64,000 nt of DNA from Lingula anatina (GCA_051362555.1 CM120642.1:29884001-29948000), one strand, 5' to 3'; positions 25,733 to 39,834 are shown, counted from the stretch's first letter. The notes: generated from the letters alone by a model not told the origin. Program-made: numbers and translations.

Positions 25733-26809
25733 GGGAAAGAGCTTTACTTCCATAACATTCATGTATCAAATACCTTGCATGTGTGCAACACCTACAGAAG
25801 AGTAACCATGTGACAAGTTTTATAACTTCAGAAGTTTGGAGATCTATGTATTTGAATGATGTGTCGGTGAAAAAAATGAACACGCAGATGATTAAGTACT
25901 GCTTTACAGTGCAGTGTGAAGTCTTTCAATGAAAAATGCTTGACAGTAAATGTTAGGACTGGGGCACATTTCCTTAATTAAATGCAGTACGAAGCCTTGT
26001 GAAATTTGAATTTTTAAAAGAATTTCAGAGAAAGCATCTATATTATTCTAGATGAGAATTGAGCAGAAGTCAACACCCGTAGCTTATTATTACATTTTTT
26101 GTACTAAATGAACAATAAATATTGTATTAAAATGTATTAGTCTGGCTTTGAAGTCATTGTCTGCATTGTTTTTAACATTCACACCATAAAAACAAGTTAC
26201 ATGTTTTTTTGCTTGTATGTATATTTGTGTATAATTCCATCAGGAATTCTAGTTTGAGTGTTGCTACTCAGTACATGTATAAGTATCTACATGATCTTTT
26301 TGCTGAAAACAAGCTACAAATAAAGTGCAATTTTGCCACTGCATGAATGAAAAAGGGTCCATATTTTCATTTTATTTACTTATTTAATTTGGATCAATTT
26401 TTGAAATTAATGATTCAGAATACGTTGAAAGAATGTCAGTTTTTCTCTCACCCTAGTGCACCTGCACCTAATTTTTGAAGTGTAGCAGATTCTTAGCATG
26501 TTTTTTATTTATCAATCATAATAAAGTTTATTGGTATTTCATTAACAGGGACCTATGAATGGTTTCTGTTAACCTCTTTCAACCCAAATAAACCTCCAAA
26601 ACATCATAAACTAGCTTAGGTGGTGTAAGGAGTTACATCACTCCTTGGTTGTCGCGAAATGAGGATAACCTGCATGAATCAGATATGCCAAAAGGAGATG
26701 CAAAAAAGACAGAAATGTACATCAGCTTAATTTAATTTCCTTAATGTAATCAATGTAATCTATCTTTTACATTAATGGTAACAACTCGTTTTCGTTCCGC
26801 CCAAGGAAA

Positions 26810-27037
26810 TATAAACCGGAAGTCCAAATTTTACTAATGACAAGCATTGCATGCTGGGATAAGTTGCTTGGCATCTAGAGGAAGCGGAGGTGAAACAAGT
26901 TCAGAGAAAATCTTTTGGGCTGAACTTTTGAAAGGCCAGGCCTGTAAAATAAGTTTGAGGAGGGCAACGCCAAACGTTGCACTTGGATTTAACGTGCAGT
27001 ACATCATTCCTTGCGCAAGATTGTACTTGACTGTCAC
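26810..27037 (+). promoter_or_regulatory. NEK6/7 promoter and probable non-coding first exon
   Basis: ETS motif CCGGAAGT at 26816-26823, locally higher CpG, donor CAC|gtaagt at 27037/27038. Confidence 0.5.
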
Positions 27038-28008
27038 GTAAGTAGGTTGGGCAAAAAAATCAAGACAGTCGCCGACGGTCTGTCTGCCATCAATCATATC
27101 GATGACTGTGTGTTGTGATTCTGATAGACTGTGAGTAAATTAAATCTAAGCGGCGACATTTTGGCTGTATAAGTGGTGTGATACTCGATAAAAACAGAAA
27201 GAATAAAATCATAGTACCTTGTTGGTATGCACAGCTACGAACTACTGAGTGCGGCATTGCAAAATGAATCATCAATATTATAATTGATTCAATCATTCAG
27301 CTTTGGCGTCAAATCTGTCAATGTAAATCGTAATCAAAATTCCCAGGCATCTTATGTCACCTGTGTTTTATCAGGATAGCGATTTTGATTATTTTTAAGC
27401 CAACAGCGTGACAGATAGATCCAAATCTTGAACAAATATGTCATTAAATATAGTTTGGCTAAATTTGCTCTAGTCTTAACTTAGAGCTTTAAGTGCAGTT
27501 AATGATGCATGTTATCAGATTGAACTTAATTGAACTCTTGGTTATGATAGCAGTGCTGTGTTAAGGATTTATATTTCGCTTGAGACCAGTAAGCTTAGCA
27601 AGTGAATGAGTGAGGGGGTGGCAGTTGAAGGGATTATTTATTTATTTATTTATTAAGTTGATTTAATTTTTTTGCGGATTATATATTTTATTGAATTCCA
27701 TTCTCTACAGCTCTGTTGGTATTTGTTCATTACAAAATTCCAAACTGACAAGTTTGTTTCCACTATGAAGAGTAATTCACTCTTGAATGAGTATGTTTTT
27801 AATGTGTAAAATGTGTCAGATTTGTTAATGAACAATTGTATGATGAAGATTTATTACAGGTATCGTATGTTTTCAGTTTTGCCCTGTATTGTTTTCATTT
27901 GGTATGATTTTATTTCAGTTCCACAAGGGTATTAAACTTTGATTTTCAATATAAATAAGAAGAATTTTTGAAATAACAAAATGAGTGACAACTTTCAGAA
28001 TTTTCACC

Positions 28009-31000
28009 ATGGCTGAGGAGGCAATGGAGACAGAGGTCTATGAAGGGGTGCAGCAGCATCAGGATGACATCTATAGCAGGCTTGTCAACTTTGAAATAGA
28101 AAAGAAAGTTGGCCGGGGCCAGTTCAGTGTTGTTTATAGGGCTGTGAATAAAATCAACAACATACCTGTTGCACTGAAAAAAGTCCAGGTATATTGACAG
28201 TAGGCCAGACTGTACATAGGCAGTAGCAGGTCCCCTTTTTTGTGTGTTTTGAAAGCTGTTTTTGAATGAGCTTAAAACCTTGACCAGGTGGGCAATGTGT
28301 TTTGAAACAAGCTCAAGCTCATCTTATTTTTGAATAGGTGAAAAAAATAATATGTATGGAAAGTTGGTTGGAGTTTTAATAATTACATAACATTGCCTAT
28401 TATTCAAGGTTAGAAATTTAGCCAAAAGCAGCATAATCTGATGTGAGAAAGCACTTTTTAATGCTGAGAAGTTTGACATTTTCAGCCCATTTCGTTATGG
28501 CACTTTCCTTTCTTTCAACAATGTGAGAAAACAGTCTTTCTTGACAAGTGGCCCATGGAAAAAGTGCTTTCTTTCAACAGCATTCTTTTGAGTAGTTCAC
28601 AATAGATTGGTTTTGATTTTTACTGGTCTGATCAATATTAACTCTTGAGTGTGTGTCTTTTCTCTTTTTAGGTTGTCAGTAATGTACGGTGTGTTCAGTA
28701 GATAGAAACATATTTCTACCTAGACTCAGTAGTGTTGGAATGATATGACATGAAGTTGACCTTGACACTGTGACCTTGACCTTGACCTCTGATCTGTAAA
28801 TTGAAGTAGTCACCATGGAGAGTATGGAGTGTGACCTTCCCGTCCCCACCAATGACCCCAATAACATGTACTGCACTCTGTCAAGCTTTGAGATTGACAA
28901 AAAGATAGGCAAGGGTCAGTTTAGTGAGGTGTGGAGGGCAAGATGTAAGACAGATGGCAGTGCAATTGCCCTGAAAAAAGTGCAGGTAAGGAAAACCCAT
29001 GCTCTGCCATTAAAAAAACTGGGGGTCTTACAATAGTTAACAAACTAAAGGCTATAGGTTTTCCTGTGATTCTTATAATATTGCCGTGCAGTTTGATTTG
29101 ATCTTGTTAATCAAAAATTTTTTTTTAATTTTGCAATCATTATTAATAAACATTTTGGTTTTGTATTCATTCTTTGGTGTATTTATGAAAAAATTCATTG
29201 CCTGACATGTAGGTTAGCCTGTGTTCTCTACTGATAAAATCATGCATGGTAAATAAATCATAACTTTTTTTCTGAAGCTTGCAGAATGAAATGAATAATT
29301 GCCTAGAAAGTTTTGCATCAATTTGCCATTTACAATCATTTATGTAGATGAAAGTTTACAATATATTGTGTGTTGAACGATTGGGCCATGTCAAGTTTAT
29401 TAAACTGCTTCCAGTCGCACTGAGAGACTGAATCAATGTATTGATCACTGGTGTTTCACGCCTCGCCCTTTCATTAATAGAATTGAATAGTAAAGCATAG
29501 CGAGCTTGAAATTCAATAACCTAAGACATTATAGACTGAAAACAACAGTTTGACTAGAAGGATGGCTTTGATCATTTAGACCATTATTTCTTGTTGAGTC
29601 AGCTGACATAATGTTTTCTCAAGTTGAACTTTTTTCTTTGTTCCATATTTAGAAGAGACTGTGGTGTTGTGTCACTTGCTTGTATTTCCTAGACAAGTCA
29701 TTTTGTTTTACTTTTTTTTATTACTTTACTTTTATTTAAAGTTAAAATATCCTTATTTGGATTTTAAAAAATGAACATTTTAAAACTAAATTAGCCATAT
29801 AAAGACACTTAAGGAACATGGATAAGATTTGTACGTACCTTGTTTCAGAGGAGCTTGGTTTCACTAGGCATTTAATACAAAGGAATAAAAATCAGATATA
29901 TATTGGTAATTGATAATGAGATGTTGTGTCATTTATATTGTTGGACAATCAACCTGTGCCAAACATGAAAAACTGAAATGTGGATTACAGCTTACTTATC
30001 AATATCACAAACCAGCAACATGAATAACACATAGCAGTATGATCTTTTTACAAGATTGAATATCAGCTGGTGTTCAGCATTATATATATTATATATAGGT
30101 TAAACTTTAAAGATTTTGTTCTGAACTACCTTGTACTAAGCATATTGGGAACTGGGACAGCTATTATACTTATTATTACAAGATTTTTTTTTTTTTTTTT
30201 AGGAGAAAAATTGGATTTGAACTGTAGCAATTCTCTCTCAAAAAGATATAACAAATATAGGCGGTCATGGGCTTTTCAAACTTTGAAGGAATTCAATCTT
30301 CTTGTGACCTTGTTACCTTACCAAATGGCTAAGTTAACTGTTTCAGAAATTTTCAGACAATAAGTCAATCTCATTGCTATGTTTGTGTGAAAAATGACAT
30401 AATAAATAATCCTACTAGGATTTTGAATCATTCATTAGATTAAAACCCAGTAGTAGTCAATTGATTTCATTTGGACCAGAGAAATGTTGTATTGGATTTG
30501 GCTGGCACTTGCTTGCACTGCTGTATCACTATTGTTATGTCTCGTATTATTAATGTGTGTTTTGTTTTTTATTTGCACTGTAAATCACTGCTCTATCTTA
30601 AGTTCATGGGTAAAATTCACCCTCAAGATAACTGATATAATTATCATATGAATAAGCTATAATTATAATGTTGTTAAACTAAGAATGTAGGTGAGATCAG
30701 TTTAACATATTTAATAACTTGTAATCATAAGTGTTGGATTTGAAGCAATTTGTATTGATTCTCTATATGTTAAAAATGAAGCCTGCTACCTAATGTTGCA
30801 ATGTTCATTAGTATATAAAATAACTTGGAAGTTAAATGGTTGCGAAAATTGTATTTCGGTGCTGTTTATGTCTTTATTGATCCATTCAGATATTTGAGAT
30901 GATGGATGCCAAAGCCAGACAAGACTGTATCAAAGAAATAGATCTGTTAAAGGTGAGTATGTGTTATTGAAAATGGCTGTCTGCCTAATATTGAAAGAAG

Positions 31001-31188
31001 TTTGATCACCAAGGAGATATCAGCTAGGTATTGTTAATAGGGTCATTAAGTTTATAGAAAATGGTTCAAGTAGAATATGATCAACCAGAACAACATGATG
31101 TAAAACACTCAGTCCTGTGGTATATGGAATCATCTGCAATGGCTTACTAGTATGCCATCAATGAGAAAGAGAGAGAGAGTGTGTGTTT

Positions 31189-31220
<32 letters not shown>

Positions 31221-32162
31221 GGGGGGGGGGGGTATCTTACCCTTTATGGCCTAAAAATTGCCCTGAATTAATAGTTTTGCATTTGTATTTGCAGAGTTAA
31301 AAGGATTAATTTTTTTTTTCAACACTCCTCTGTATATCCTATAGATATATATCCAGATATGGCCAGTGGCCTTAATGTATTTCACATACAAAGTTGAGAA
31401 GATGAATGTTTTTCTTCCACTCTGAAGCATGTGAAGAATCTTGTTTCTTCACCACATCTGTTAAAAGGTCATTTTTTATTTCCATGGAAAGTTCAAAAGT
31501 TTTTTTTACAAAATAGGTTGTGTTATGATAAATCATGGTCCACCTGTTATGAGACTGGAATTTGATATTTTTAACATCCATTTTACCACATGCCCTTTGC
31601 TCCTTGTGAGTTATAGTATTCCTTTGGACATTTGCTCATTTGAAAAAAAAGATTACTTTTGTGCATGTTTGTATGGAGATTTGAAACTTGTACTTTTAGT
31701 AGACAATCGTTACTACTAGTACCTGGTTTGAGACTGTCAGTGATTTAGAACTTATTTGAAGATAAAATACTCCAAAACCAGGCAGTGGTCATACTGATAC
31801 ACATGTGGGAAATTTACAAAAAAGGAATCAAAGTGCTTTTATCTGTGATATTTTACCTGATAGATCTGATCTTGTTTATAAGTGCACTGATTTGTCTAGA
31901 CACGATCTACCAGTATATTTACAGTATTGGTTTACAATATTAGTGAACTTAGTCATCTTGGAAATGCTCTCCTAGGACAAGAATGTTGAAGAAGTAGCTA
32001 AATGTTTTGTCTATCACATGAAACATAATTTATGTTTAGTACTGGTAACACATGTATAGTTGTGTTTAGTATATTTTATAACAATTGTATGTTTTGTATT
32101 ATAAGTCCAAGGCATGAAATCATTTGTTTTGGTGGAAGAATAAAGTTAAGCTGACAGATTCA

Positions 32163-32225
<63 letters not shown>

Positions 32226-35200
32226 TTTTTTGTCCAAAATATATATCAACATTCTGGTGTATAACTATTGATAAATATGCGCCTGAAATGTACTGTGAAT
32301 GATAATTATATTTTGTATTTTTGTTCTTTTCAGCAACTTAATCATCCGAATGTGATCAAATATTTGGCTTCGTTTATAGAAGACAACGAGTTGAATATAG
32401 TCCTAGAGTTAGCCGATGCTGGGGATTTATCTAGAATGATCAAAGTGAGAAGATTTTGATTTAAGTACCAATGTTCAGAGGCATCTTTTTAGTTCAGTGC
32501 CTCCATTTAAATATAGTGTATTTAGCCTTAAAGCTATATTCTGTCAATGTCTGTCTGTAAAACACGAAGTGTAATATTTTTCAGTTGGCTAGCATTTTTA
32601 AATACACTATGTTTTTGTTGAAACTCTAAAGAAATTGCAAAAAGCAGTTTTCGTGATAAAAGGCACCACACTTACAAATTTGCAGTGAAAACTGATTAAA
32701 AGCTATAACCATGATTTTTATGAGACGGGTATAAAATCTGTTAAAGATGCATACAAAGTCAATTTTTTGTCACAAAAACCAACCAATGCCAACATATAGT
32801 TTCAAGTAGTATAACTAAGAGAATTGCCAAAAGGCATTGTTAAATTTTACCCGAAAATGATGTTTGAACAGATTTTTCTGCTGGCATTCTAAGCTGTATG
32901 TCAATGGGGCAGGAAAGTAGGTCACAGAAGTAGGTTATTTTTACAACCAAAAATTTAAAGAAAGGAGCAGTCTAAAGGTCTTTTATGGCTGATCGAGTGA
33001 TCTATTCCGTTTATCCCTTGGCATGTCGAATTTATTTGAGTCATATAAGAACCTAGTAGAAGTGGTTTACATGTGTTACTTGGGAATCCACGCTCCACCG
33101 ATGCTCGATTCGTATGTACCTTTAAGGCACTTGCAAAATCTTTTCTAAGTAACACAATCATTTTGTTCTGTTGCACCTATTTTGGTCTCTTCCATGTAGA
33201 CACCTTGTTAGTGATTCCGTCAGTATTCATAAATGACTGGTTTGGCAGTTTCAGAAAATGACTATAAGTTGTATATTCTTGATTTTACAGCATTTCAAAA
33301 AACAGGACAGGCTGATCCCAGAGAGGACAATCTGGAAATATTTCATACAAATCTGCAGTTCTCTGGAGCACATGCATTCCAAAAGAATCATGCACAGAGG
33401 TGAGTAGGCTGTATTCATTTTTCAGTAATCTTTAACTCAATATTTTAGTAATTAAAAATTCTGTCAGGAAGGGAGGTCACGGTAGTGATCGAAAGTTTTG
33501 TGAGGTAAACGTCAAGTAAGTGTAGAAGTTGAAAAGTTTAAGTCTATATCATAATTCAAAAGACTACACGGTGGGGGGGGGGGGGGGGGGCGGGGGGGGC
33601 ATACCATAAAAGAATTGACTTGTTGCTGTCACGAAATGCCCCTACACCCTTAAAAATCAGATATTCCCTTAGTGAATCCATGCATCTTAACTGAAGCTAA
33701 GCTTGCTGAATTGACCAAGTAGCATTGGATCTTATTTATGTGATTTTATTATGATGTTTTGTATTGTTCATTGTTTCAGACATCAAGCCAGCCAATGTAT
33801 TCATCACTGCACAGGGAGTGGTGAAGTTAGGGGACCTGGGCCTGGGCAGGTTCTTCAGCTCCAAAACTACAGCTGCACATTCTTTGGGTAATTACAGGCC
33901 CACCTTTATATATAGTAGAATGATAAGCACTGAGCAAATATGTAACCACCCCTCTGAATATTTTTGAATTTTAAACATTTTGTCAGCATTATGGATTATG
34001 TAATATATATTAAATCATACAAAGTGAATTGTTGTTCAGTGTGCTACAGATTAACATCAGCTCAATCGGATTTACCCATTACATAATACATAAATAAATC
34101 ACATGGGGAGATTCTATTTTTGCTCAGTGTATAATATTTAACCTAACTGTTGAAATCTTGGTCAAAAGTATTTGAATATTTATTTAGCAAAAGTACCCTT
34201 TGTCATCTTTTTTTTTCCATTATATTTAGCAAAAATACATAACATTAAATCTATGTCAGAAAGTTATATTATGCTTCTTTGAGCTCATTAAAAAATTAAA
34301 AATTATCATTAAGATAAGAAAGAAACTTCTTTTTTTAGTTGGCACACCATACTACATGTCCCCAGAAAGGATACATGAAAATGGCTACAACTTTAAGTCA
34401 GACATCTGGTCTTTAGGCTGTCTGCTGTATGAGGTGAGGGCCAACTTAGTGTTTTAAGACATCAGAGTTGCATCACTTTTGGTTATGAATTGTCCATTAC
34501 TTTTATCTATTACTGTGGGACCCTTATACACTGTGGAATGCCTAAATGTTTTCATCAGACTATGTTATTTAGGCAAATTATTATCAGTGAAAATTATTGT
34601 GATCTCATATTGGTGCAGGTCATGAAAAAAATTCTTGAAAATAGTTGTTAATCAAATAATACTTTTTAAATTCAAAAGGAAGGCTGAAATTCAAGGTGCT
34701 CTATTTTAAAATAGTAAGTTCAAGTATAAAAACCAACTCAATGAATGTTAAGCTAAAGCTTCAATCATAGTATTGCTGAAGCTGTCAGCTTGTATTGTAA
34801 TGTTGGTCTTGTCTTGGTTTCAGATGGCAGCACTACAGTCTCCTTTCTATGGAGACAAAATGAATCTTTATTCCTTGTGCAAAAAGATTGAGCAATGTGA
34901 CTATCCCCCTCTCCCATCAGACCATTATTCAGAAGAAGTAAGTGTTAAGTGGGGTTATGAATTTACCATATTTATATTGAGAAAATAACTTAATCAAATG
35001 TACATATATTTTATACATGTGTGCATTATATTTGTACACTGTTATGTTACTTATAATGCAGTGTTTATATTTCATAAAATGTTTGATCAAAGAGATATTC
35101 ATTCACAGATAAAGGTGCAAACTGACGACCAAAATGAAAAAATATTGGTCTGAAAAATGAAAAAAAAAAGGGTCTTCCAAAGCAGAAATAATATATTACC

Positions 35201-35341
35201 TTGCACTTTCAGCTCAGAAACTTGGTGGCAGTGTGTATCAACCCAGATCCAGAACAGCGCCCAGACATCACTTATATATATGAAGTAGCAAAAAAGATGC
35301 ACACAAGTTTTCTTCAACAGCAGCAGCAACAACAGCAGTAA
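28009..35341 (+). CDS. NEK7: NIMA-related kinase NEK6/7 orthologue, isoform A (302 aa)
   Basis: First coding exon A 28009-28188 ([18 protein letters not shown]). Shared exons 30890-30952, 32334-32444, 33291-33399, 33780-33887, 34339-34433, 34824-34937, 35213-35341. Motifs [46 protein letters not shown]. The pre-duplication gene is co-orthologous to NEK6 and NEK7. Confidence 0.95.
28815..28985 (+). CDS. NEK7: Alternative first coding exon B of NEK6/7 (57 aa; gives a 299-aa isoform)
   Basis: caccATGG start, [57 protein letters not shown]|gtaag. Same phase-0 end as exon A, with its own acceptor at 28671. Confidence 0.9.
32166..32231. repeat. (AT)n microsatellite followed by poly-T
   Basis: About 21 AT units then a T-run, read directly. 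Confidence 0.9.
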
Positions 35342-38237
35342 CGTTATCTAAGGATTTTTAATGGGTTGTTAAGGAGTCAGTTAGGTGACATAATAAAAGT
35401 ATATATTTTGTGAAGTTTAAGCTGACGATCTCAAGATAGATACAGATAAAGAATAGAGAGTGTTTATTATATTTGAGTATTAAAATATATATGTGTACAT
35501 GGTGAGGTTTGATAGGACCAATCTATTGTCTTACTTGATTCCTGCTACTTTTCTTGTGAAAGTAGAGATTGCCAAAGTATGGATATATATTGTAAATTGC
35601 TGTTCCTGGTTTATTTCTTTTCTCTGGTGATTTTAAAAAATGTGTGTTGTGATATGAAAACTTTTGTGTAAAAAAATTCTGTATGGATCTGAAATTAATC
35701 AAATTTGCCATATATGGCATTAATTATGCATGGGCATATTACATATCAGCCACATTACATATTTTTCTTCAAATGGAAAGTTGACAAAAATGTTGAAGTA
35801 TTTTTCATAAACTTCAGCAAATGCAAACCATTTGAAACGTTGCAAAAATTGTATGTAAAATGTTAACCCTCGGAAAATCTTCACTTACCCTAACTATATA
35901 CCTAAACATACTGTGTCTCCTCCATAATTTCATAATTTGTAAGCTGCATTGAATTTATAGAAATTTCATGACAGTTTTCATATTCACAATGGCTAGTCCT
36001 TATTATACAGTTGTGTCATCTCCTAGTGTCCGAGTTTTGAAGTTATGTAAACAGTCTGGATGCAACTGTAAAAAGGCTGCAAAATATAACCAAGGCATAA
36101 TTTCATAAGCACTTTATTCAGGAATTATATGCTCTTTAAAATATGTTTTATTTGTCCAGTATAAGGCTGCATTTCAATCCCCCACCCCTCTTCTCCTCCT
36201 TACCAAGTGCAAGAAAAACTAAACTTTAACATACAGGCCTCTTGTATAACATGTTCCGTTTGATACAGTCTGTATTGAAGTGAAATACGGTTGTGACTTG
36301 GTATTGTACATATGCATGTCTTGTGTGTTTTGTTCGGGTAGCAGGCTACTGAGAAACTTAACAAAATATGAGAAAAACTTTGACCATGAGAACAGTTCAC
36401 TGTTTAAATGTGCAGTATACTGTTGAGTTGCCCAATGTTGCAGGCGGATGTCAAAGTGTGTGAAATAGACTTTTGTCCAGATTCTACTTATTATTTATTT
36501 TAAAAGAATTAAAATGCATAAAGAAGTGATTGTAAGGTTTAAATCTATAGATGGCTATATATTCATTGTGTTTCTTCTTTTTTTTTTGAGTGTATTTTTC
36601 TATTGCAATTACATAGTATAGGGCGACCAAATGGTTCTTTTCCAAAGGAAAGATTATTAGTTATAACATTTTCACTTTGAAAGAGGAGTTATGTCAAAAA
36701 CAAGTTCTGTGGAAGCTTCATTTATTATTTTGACTGATATACTGTGAAACTAAAAGAAGATATATAAACCATAACTGCTTAAATTTAACTGTTAATGCGC
36801 TGTAGTATTTATGATTTACAAGCACGACTAGTGGAATTATATTTATATTAATATACATATATATTATTGTGCCTGTTGCACCCATTTTGCTTATCTGCAG
36901 TGATCACTTTTTGTGGGGTCTAAGGGAATCCGTCCAACATATATATAAATATATGATATAAATTGAATATTATATACTCTAAACCACCACTTCACCTGAG
37001 GTTGCTCACTACCTGTATATGTTCTGACTATTTATATATCTAATGGCTTTATTATGTGTTACATTTACAAGATTAAACATTGTAAGATTGTTATATATGA
37101 TATATATGTGCTGTGTCTTTTTAAACCAACCAAAGTCCAGAGTCGAGTTGATGGTCACAAGAGTTTAACAAATAGCTTACTATCCTTCCAAATCTTTTGC
37201 AGCATCAGTTGTTATTAGTATTTGTCACTTGGACAAGTGTGATCAATTTTACCTAGCCACGTTTTAAACTTCATGGGTTATTTGATAAGTCAATACATTT
37301 CAGTTTATTCCCTGATATTCTAGGTATTATAATTGTTGGCTTGATTTGTTGTTATAGCTTGGATTTGAAGATTTAAAGCATTTGGTTGATAAAAAGTTCA
37401 CCACTGCCAGTGGATTTTGTTCCAAGTTTTGTTGCTTCAGTTGATAAGAAAGTCGGAGGACACTTCAAGTAAATTTTCTGTCTAGTCTGAAAACGCATTT
37501 CGTGGGTGTAGAATGCTCATTTATTAAGATGATCCCATGGCACCTGCATGATGTAGATTCTGTAATATATGCTGGCTGTGTGTTATATCGTGTAGCACTT
37601 AATTATTGAGTTATTTACTGTGAATCCATATTTTTAAAACTCGTAATGGTTAAAAAAACAGGTAAAAAATAACGAGCCATCCACTTATTTTATAGATCAC
37701 ATCAGATCAAAGAGAATATATAATTTATGAACTCTCCATGAAATATAATCAACTAGTAACGGACCAAAGACAGCAGGAATGGGTTTTCAAAAAATATTTT
37801 TCATTTATCTATTGCATCAATTAAAAAAACTTACTTCTGAATCAGTAACCTGCCAGTTTGCTATGTGAGATCTTGTTTTGTGTTGGTACAGTACTGTTAG
37901 TAAAATGTGAGGAGCTTACAGAAAATACTATGAATAAAGACTGAAAAGTAAATGCTGGCTGTTCTTTTTGATAGATAATAACGAGCTTTCAAAGAGATTC
38001 AAGCAGTCCTGTAATGTCATTTATTTTACAAGCATAAAATCTGTATTACTGAACTGATAATATGCATATTTTCAAACACCATAAAATATACTTTAAACCT
38101 GAGTTTCTTTTAAATTCTTACTCTATTTTTGTTTAGTTTTGCATAATATTTGATTAATCATCTCATTTACATTATCCTGTTGGTTTTAAAGTAAAAATAA
38201 CCCTCCAACTTTAATTCTGCAAAAGAAATATTTATTT

Positions 38238-39122
38238 TCAACTACCGAACATTTTTCGCATCCCTGCAGCTATGGTACTTTCTGAATTTTTCAAACGTTC
38301 TTCAACAATTTTTTTCAGGTTCTTTACATCAGGATTTCCTGGCTCTTTTGCCTCAGCCTTGGCCAAGTCCATCTTGGCATCATCGTAGTTTTTCAGTTCT
38401 GTATTTGCTTTAGCTCTCCTAAAGAGAGCTTTAACATCCTGGGGGTTAATTTCTAAAGCTTTATCACAACTTCTCACTACATTTTCATATGAGCCATTCC
38501 TCAGCAAACAAAGAGATATATTGGTATAACACACAGTAGACAAACTTCGTATCTTTTCATTTAACTCGGGGCTTACATCCCACCCTCTTAAAATTATGAG
38601 ATATTTCAAAGCTTTACTGTAGTGTTTAGAAGCATACTCCAGGTTGCCTTCTTTAAACAGTCTTGATCCATTGTCTTTGCATTTTTGTGCCATCTGTAAA
38701 ATTAGTTCCGGCTCTCTCTCCCACAAATCTGTGCATCTCTGGACACTTTTCAAGGTAACACGGAGGACAACTTTACTAGCTTCATCATCTTTAAATTCAT
38801 CCCAGGTCTTATGATCTCTTGAGAAACAGACCTCGCACACCTCCCCTGGTTTCATACTCTCAATGCATTTTTCTATGTTCTCGTTGCACCAAGTGTCTGG
38901 GAACCCAAGGGTAATCTCAATATTCCCACAGTCATACTGGTATAGTTGACCAGCAGCAACATCCTGAGGAATGTGCACACTTTTGATACAGACTGTCACA
39001 ATAGAGCCCTCATTTGGTGTGTACAACCCTTCCCCCGGGTGGGTTAGCTGTTTACAGATTGACCTGTCTGGTGAGACCCATGGGTCCGCTAGTTGTGGAG
39101 TGCCATTGTTAGAATTTTCCAT
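38238..39122 (-). CDS. FKBP-type/TPR co-chaperone (FKBPL-like), 294 aa, single coding exon
   Basis: Degenerate FKBP-like N-domain (K..HPGEG..P..GS.V..IEKCIESMKPGEVCEV), three TPRs (KDNGSRLFKEG, YTNISLCLL, KALFRRAKA) and C-terminal MRKMFG. Probable 5'UTR intron acceptor near 39213. Confidence 0.85.
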   Translation of the reverse strand: MENSNNGTPQLADPWVSPDRSICKQLTHPGEGLYTPNEGSIVTVCIKSVHIPQDVAAGQLYQYDCGNIEITLGFPDTWCNENIEKCIESMKPGEVCEVCFSRDHKTWDEFKDDEASKVVLRVTLKSVQRCTDLWEREPELILQMAQKCKDNGSRLFKEGNLEYASKHYSKALKYLIILRGWDVSPELNEKIRSLSTVCYTNISLCLLRNGSYENVVRSCDKALEINPQDVKALFRRAKANTELKNYDDAKMDLAKAEAKEPGNPDVKNLKKIVEERLKNSESTIAAGMRKMFGS

Positions 39123-39834
39123 TTCAGAATTAACTTAACAAGTCTGGTCTCTTTTTGAGGGGCTCAGCAACCGTTTCTTTCTATATAAGCTCAAGATGCA
39201 GTGCCATATATCCTGGAAGAAGATCAAAATAAACATCAAAGCCAGGAAAAACTACAAATACAACATTAAATTAAAGATTATATGTGAATCAAATAGAGGA
39301 AGTTCTAATTTCAAACTTGATTAATTTCACTATTGATTTATATTATTTTTCTAACTGCTACTAGCTGACTGACAATATTTACTTAACAAAAAATTATTTT
39401 ATTAGTCTTCTTATGATCTACAAATCCTCATGCAAATTCAACAAATAAAAATACTCGTAAACCTACATTTTCACTTGTGAGTTCTGCCGGTTCTGCAACC
39501 ATTAGTTTCTGTTTCGAAGATGTTACGAAAGGAAGCAACTGGCTACCGATGTTTTCAACCACGAAGAGCCCTTAGATAAAAAAAATTAACGTTACTTAAC
39601 TTAAAGGGTGGTGTAAAATTTTTTCCTTTCCAAAAGCATTGCATTTCATTCCTTATCTGACGTTAAACACGATGCCCTAACACATGGCTTTCATGCCACC
39701 TGTTAGAATAAAGTGATCAGTGGCGCCATCGGCCGTCCACAATAATAATTAAAGTAAAGTACGGTGCATTATCATCGCCGTGCAAAACACATGCATCGGT
39801 CATTCGTAGGTGATGTAGTTCTGACTTATGGTAC

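Noticed and set aside
28445-28573. Inverted repeat between NEK exons A and B as a splicing-control RNA stem
   Set aside because: Only ~13 bp, A/T-rich, does not cover splice sites, and looks like a decayed MITE.
38238-39122. FKBP6/Shutdown (piRNA co-chaperone), which would suggest a piRNA gene cluster with the Tudor gene
   Set aside because: I cannot see FKBP6-specific features; the compact degenerate FKBP plus 3 TPR plus MRKMF layout fits FKBPL-like better. A phylogeny is needed.
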